A stretch of DNA of 64,000 bases from Octopus sinensis (lineage: Eukaryota): positions 43,772,001 to 43,836,000 of the forward strand of contig NC_042997.1 of NCBI RefSeq assembly GCF_006345805.1, given 5' to 3'. Made by a program: the position numbers and the translations under genes. Shown in pieces: positions 59,667-64,000 of this stretch. The stretch's first letter is position 1. Each line of letters opens with the position of its first letter. Under the pieces are notes generated by a model. That model did not search any database. It worked only from the letters and a program-made list of their open reading frames with translations, and was not told the origin of the DNA.

Positions 59667-61668
59667 TATATATTTGTAAAAAATGAAGTTCGAAAATGCT
59701 GCTATATTATACAATTTTTAATTTTTATATATACATTATAACATGTTTCAGTTCTTAGACACACTTCTTAAACCTTTCCTAAAACACATCAAAAGCTACG
59801 TAAGAGACGATATAGATATGCTCAACCACCTCCCTAAAACAGTCAATGAGAAAACCCTTCTAGTATCATTCGACGTAGTTAATCTTTATTCTAACATCCC
59901 TCACAACCTAGGAATAGAAGCGATCACCTTCTGGCTGAATAACTACCCCTTTGAACTCCCAACTCGCATAAACAAAGACCTTATAATAGAAGGACTTAGA
60001 TTCATTTTAGAGAACAATTATTTTATTTTTGACAATGATTTCTACAGGCAAAGATCGGGAACAGCGATGGGCACGCGTACTGCACCATCTTTTGCCAACC
60101 TAGTGATGGGATACCTCGAGAAAATACTATACCGGATAACACTCGAGAAATATGGAACACCTTCGCCACCTATATCCATAACAACTGGAAAAGATACCTC
60201 GATGACTGTTTCATTATCTGGGACAAAGGTATAGAGAAACTTGAGGAATTTAAAATACTATTAAATGGAATAAATGACAATATACAATTCACGATGGACC
60301 ACAACGAAAAAGAATTACCATTTTTAGACATCCTCATTAAGAAAACCGGCAACAAAATAGAGACAGATATCTACTATAAACCGACAGACTCTAAACAGTA
60401 CCTACCCTTTGATTCATGCCACCCACGACACACTAGAATGAATGTCCCTTTTTGTTTAGCTAGAAGGATTTGCACCATAATATCAGACACAAACACCCGA
60501 CACACACGTCTCCAGGAACTTAGAACCACACTCACAAATAGAAACTATCCACAGCCCCTAACAGACAGTGCAATCCAACGGGTACTTAAATTAAGTATAG
60601 AAGACCTGAGACAAACAAAACCAAAACAGAAAGAACAATTAAAAACCCTTCCCTACATCTCTACACACAACCCACTCAACAATGAGGCCTTCAACACCAT
60701 ACTACAAAGCACAGCCCTACTAAAGGGAGACCCAAAGATGAACCGGATCCTCGAAACACACACCATCATTAAAAGTAAACGGCAACCAAAATCCTTGAAA
60801 AGGATTTTAACCCAAGCTAAACTGCACTCAACATCAACCACAAAACCAGCAGTTAGAAAATGTGGAAGGCCCAACTGCGGAATCTGTGTCATCTTGAAAG
60901 AAGGATCAGAATTTATACTGGAACAAGGCCACCAGTTCACCATTAGAACAAACTTCACCTGCGCATCAGAAAACTTAATTTACGTCTTAACATGCGCAGG
61001 CTGCAATAGGCAATATATAGGCCATACAAAAAATAGCTTACGTAACAGGATGGCGGTGCATAAATCACAAATTAGAAACCCTGAATACCGGAAAATACCG
61101 GTCAGCGGACACATAGATAGATGTGCTGGAAATGTAAATCCGAAATTTACAACTAACCCGCTCTATAAATTCAGTGACAACGCAACCTTCACACAACGCC
61201 AAAATAAAGAACTATATTTCATAAAAAAATTTAGACCAAGTTTAGACACCCTGGGCCAGGAATACTAAAACAAAAGATAAGTCCTCCGAAAAGAAGCAAA
61301 ATTCCACCACGGCCGCTACCTTAAACAGACTGACTTTGATCTGTTTTTTGCGTTGAATACGTATCGCCACCGTGGGCCACTACATCGAACACTTTGAACA
61401 TATAGCATAAATGAACTTACTTCAAACTATATATCAACTATACATGAACTCTAAGATGTCTGACTCCGTTGTGTATTATAAATGAATTTCTTGTGTTTGA
61501 CGGCATGAGCTGTCTTTTTTTATATATAACTTTTTTTGATAAGGTTCATTTCAGGAACTGAAACATGTTATAATGTATATATAAAAATTAAAAATTGTAT
61601 AATATAGCAGCATTTTCGAACTTCATTTTTTACAAATATATACCTACTCGTATACGAGCTAATCCTAT

Positions 61669-61675
<7 letters not shown>
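59667..61675 (+). mobile_element. Penelope-like retroelement (probably Neptune type), 5'-truncated, RT + GIY-YIG, with inverted partial pseudo-LTR
   Basis: SFDVVNLY, GTAMG, RYLDD (after one frameshift near 60160), LPFLD, Cys linker CGRPNCGIC, LIY...YIG; perfect 88-bp inverted repeat at 59667-59754 and 61555-61642. Confidence 0.95.
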
Positions 61676-61715
<40 letters not shown>

Positions 61716-61729
<14 letters not shown>

Positions 61730-61894
61730 TTAGAGACAAAACCACTATTTTGCAAAACAAACAAGGAAATACATAAAATTTTAATAAAATTTTATTTTTT
61801 ATTTTTTACTTTTTATTAAAATTTTATGTATTGATTAAGTCTTTCCTTGTTTGTTTTGCAAAATAGTGGTTTTGTCTCTAATTAATATTATATA
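61716..61894. repeat. Fold-back palindrome next to (TA)n
   Basis: Arms at about 61716-61789 and 61811-61894 are complementary apart from an 11-nt bulge. Confidence 0.9.
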
Positions 61895-62279
61895 ATATTT
61901 TACTATAAAATTGGATTTAATCCTAAATCTGATTTTTTCCCTGTAAATTTGGATTTATTCCCTAATATTTATTATTATATATATATATATACACACACAC
62001 ACAAACACAGACAATAGGTAAGAGCTAGATATGCTCAGTATAGCAAAATCATATTAGTGTTCAAGTGAATTGAACTTAAACTTTGAACTCTTCATCCCGG
62101 ACTAGGTCCACTGCATCACGAGTGGCTATAAGAGAAATTCAGATGAGCTGATATGGAGATAATGGTGCAGATAAACTCGATTAGGCTTCACACACACTCA
62201 CATACTGATATATATATATATATTTAGAGAGAGAGAGACAGAGACATGGATATACATATTTACATATAACTGCATATAT

Positions 62280-62512
62280 ATTTCTTTACTACCCACAAGG
62301 GGCTAAACATAGAGGGGACAAACAAGGACAGACAAAGGGATTAAGTCGATTACGTCGACCCACTGCAAAACTGGTACTTTATTTATCGACCCCGAGAGGA
62401 TGAAAGGCAAAGTTGACCTCGGCGTAATTTGAACTCAGAATGCAACGACAGACTAAAAACGGCTACGCATTTCGCCCGGCGTGCTAACGATTCTGCCAGC
62501 TCGCCGCCTTAA
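62280..62512 (-). mobile_element. SINE family F, full length
   Basis: 13-bp TSD ataactgcatata (62266-62278, 62513-62525). Confidence 0.9.
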
Positions 62513-63239
62513 ATAACTGCATATAGTCATAAAGACAAACACATACATAGAGCAGAGAAAATGCAGAAAAGAAAATGTAAAGCTTCTTAAATGCAAGGTA
62601 GGGAGAAAGAGGAGGATTTTTGTGACATAGGGGGTTGGTGATGTCTGCTTTCCCTGCTGGCATGAGGAGGACAGTCTGACAAGATTCAATGGGTCGAAAG
62701 ACCTTGTCTTCCTCCAATGTCTCATTTTTGGCATGATTTGTACAATTGGAAGCTCTTCTGACCATACCAGCCACTCTACAAAGTGTACTGGGTACATCCT
62801 TTGTGGCACCAGCACTGTTGGTGTCCCTGCCAATTTGCAAAGTGAAAAAGAGCCCCCCTCCCCGCTTCACTGCACTTTTCTTGGCAACCCCACTAGTGTG
62901 GCTGCCTTGTAACTAACAACACTAAAGAATCCCCTTACCTGAGAGGGAGAATAGGAGGTAGAGGGGTTGATTTATGCAAGGTGTTGAGAGGTTATTTTAT
63001 GATGGGAGAAGTAGAGGCAGGTTTGTTGTGGAGGAGATTCAGGGCTATTCAACATGGGTGGCTGGAGTGCCACAAAGAGGTAAATGTGGTGAAGTGCCAG
63101 AACATATCCTGAAGGTGAAATGTCTAAGAAAGTGAACAGAAGAGAGCAAGGAGACAGAAGAATCACAGGGATGGATTAGGTTGCAGAGTATGAGGGGAGA
63201 GTGAGAGATGGGAAGTGGTCAGGTGAATGTGAACAGGGA

Positions 63240-63458
63240 GGGTGGTGAGCTGGCAGAATCATTAGCATGGCGGCCATAATGCTTATTTCGTCTACAGCTA
63301 TGTTCTAAGTTCAAATTCCACTGAGGTCAACTTTGCCTTTTATCCTTTCGGGGTTGATTAAATAAGTACTGGTTACGCACTAGAGTCAATGTAATTGACT
63401 TACTCCCTTTCTGTCCTTGTTTGTCTCCTCTATGTTTAGCCCCCTGTGGGCAATAAAA
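63240..63458 (+). mobile_element. SINE family F
   Basis: Head, core and tail recognisable. Confidence 0.8.
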
Positions 63459-63529
63459 AAAATAAATATATAGAGAACAGAGGTGAGGTGATGGATAAGT
63501 GAAGGAGACATACATACATGCATGGCTGT

Positions 63530-64000
63530 ATGGTTAGTAAGTAGAAAAGCAGACAAATCGCAAATTCCTTCAAGTAGAAGGAATTTGTGATCTGTAGAAT
63601 TTGCTCGATCTGTAGAAAAGGCATAGGTAGAAACCCCATAAGATGCATCCAATGTAAGCTTTGGACACATAAAAGGTACAGCAATATTAGGGCAAGGTTA
63701 ACAGGGAAACTAGCTTTTGAATTTGGAAGATGCACAGGTACAATAAATGCTGAAAATGTGCAGAAAATAGACTTCCTCAACTGTTAGGGGGGCAAGCTAG
63801 ATGTAGTAGTTAGTTTCCGTTATCTAGGGGACCAAGTTAGTAGTGGAGGTGGATACTTTGAGAGTGTGACTGTGAGAATAAGATTAGGCTGGGCAAAGTT
63901 CAGAGAGCTCTTACCCCTTCGGGCCTCTTTCTCAGAGTAAAAAGGCAGATTGTATGATGTCTGTGTGCAAACAGCTATGCTACATGGCAGTGGGCTGTGA
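63530..64000 (+). mobile_element. Older RTE ORF2 fragment related to the 53833 element
   Basis: CSICRKGIGRNPIRCIQCKLWTHKR and SFRYLGDQVSSGG, with stops. Confidence 0.88.

Noticed and set aside
62075-62130. Possible hammerhead relic on the minus strand
   Set aside because: The core is too degenerate to support.

Overview
AT-rich, repeat-dense animal genomic DNA. The repeat families point to a coleoid cephalopod, most likely Octopus (my inference, no database search). The only host gene I can support is an arginase on the + strand: six GT-AG exons (15841-16106, 40127-40183, 43031-43135, 48326-48402, 51382-51441, 55854-56020) splice to 243 aa plus stop, with all Mn-binding motifs present. I could not find its N-terminal exons, which are probably upstream of the window. 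The rest is mostly transposon-derived: several tRNA-headed SINE families, RTE LINEs (one 5'-truncated ORF2 with a PHD finger inside the RT), CR1 3' ends, a Penelope-like element, a decayed Gypsy integrase, two Tc1 elements, piggyBac, hAT and pogo MITEs, and a DINE-1/Helentron-like element. The best leads are an unexplained, highly structured CpG-rich ~330-nt segment fused to a CR1 3' end (43730-44085), young inverted SINEs bracketing a catalytic arginase exon, a skip-junction stop codon at a weak-donor exon, the PHD-in-RT, a 23-bp microinversion in an RT motif, and hammerhead-like relics. No new system is demonstrated; these are testable leads.
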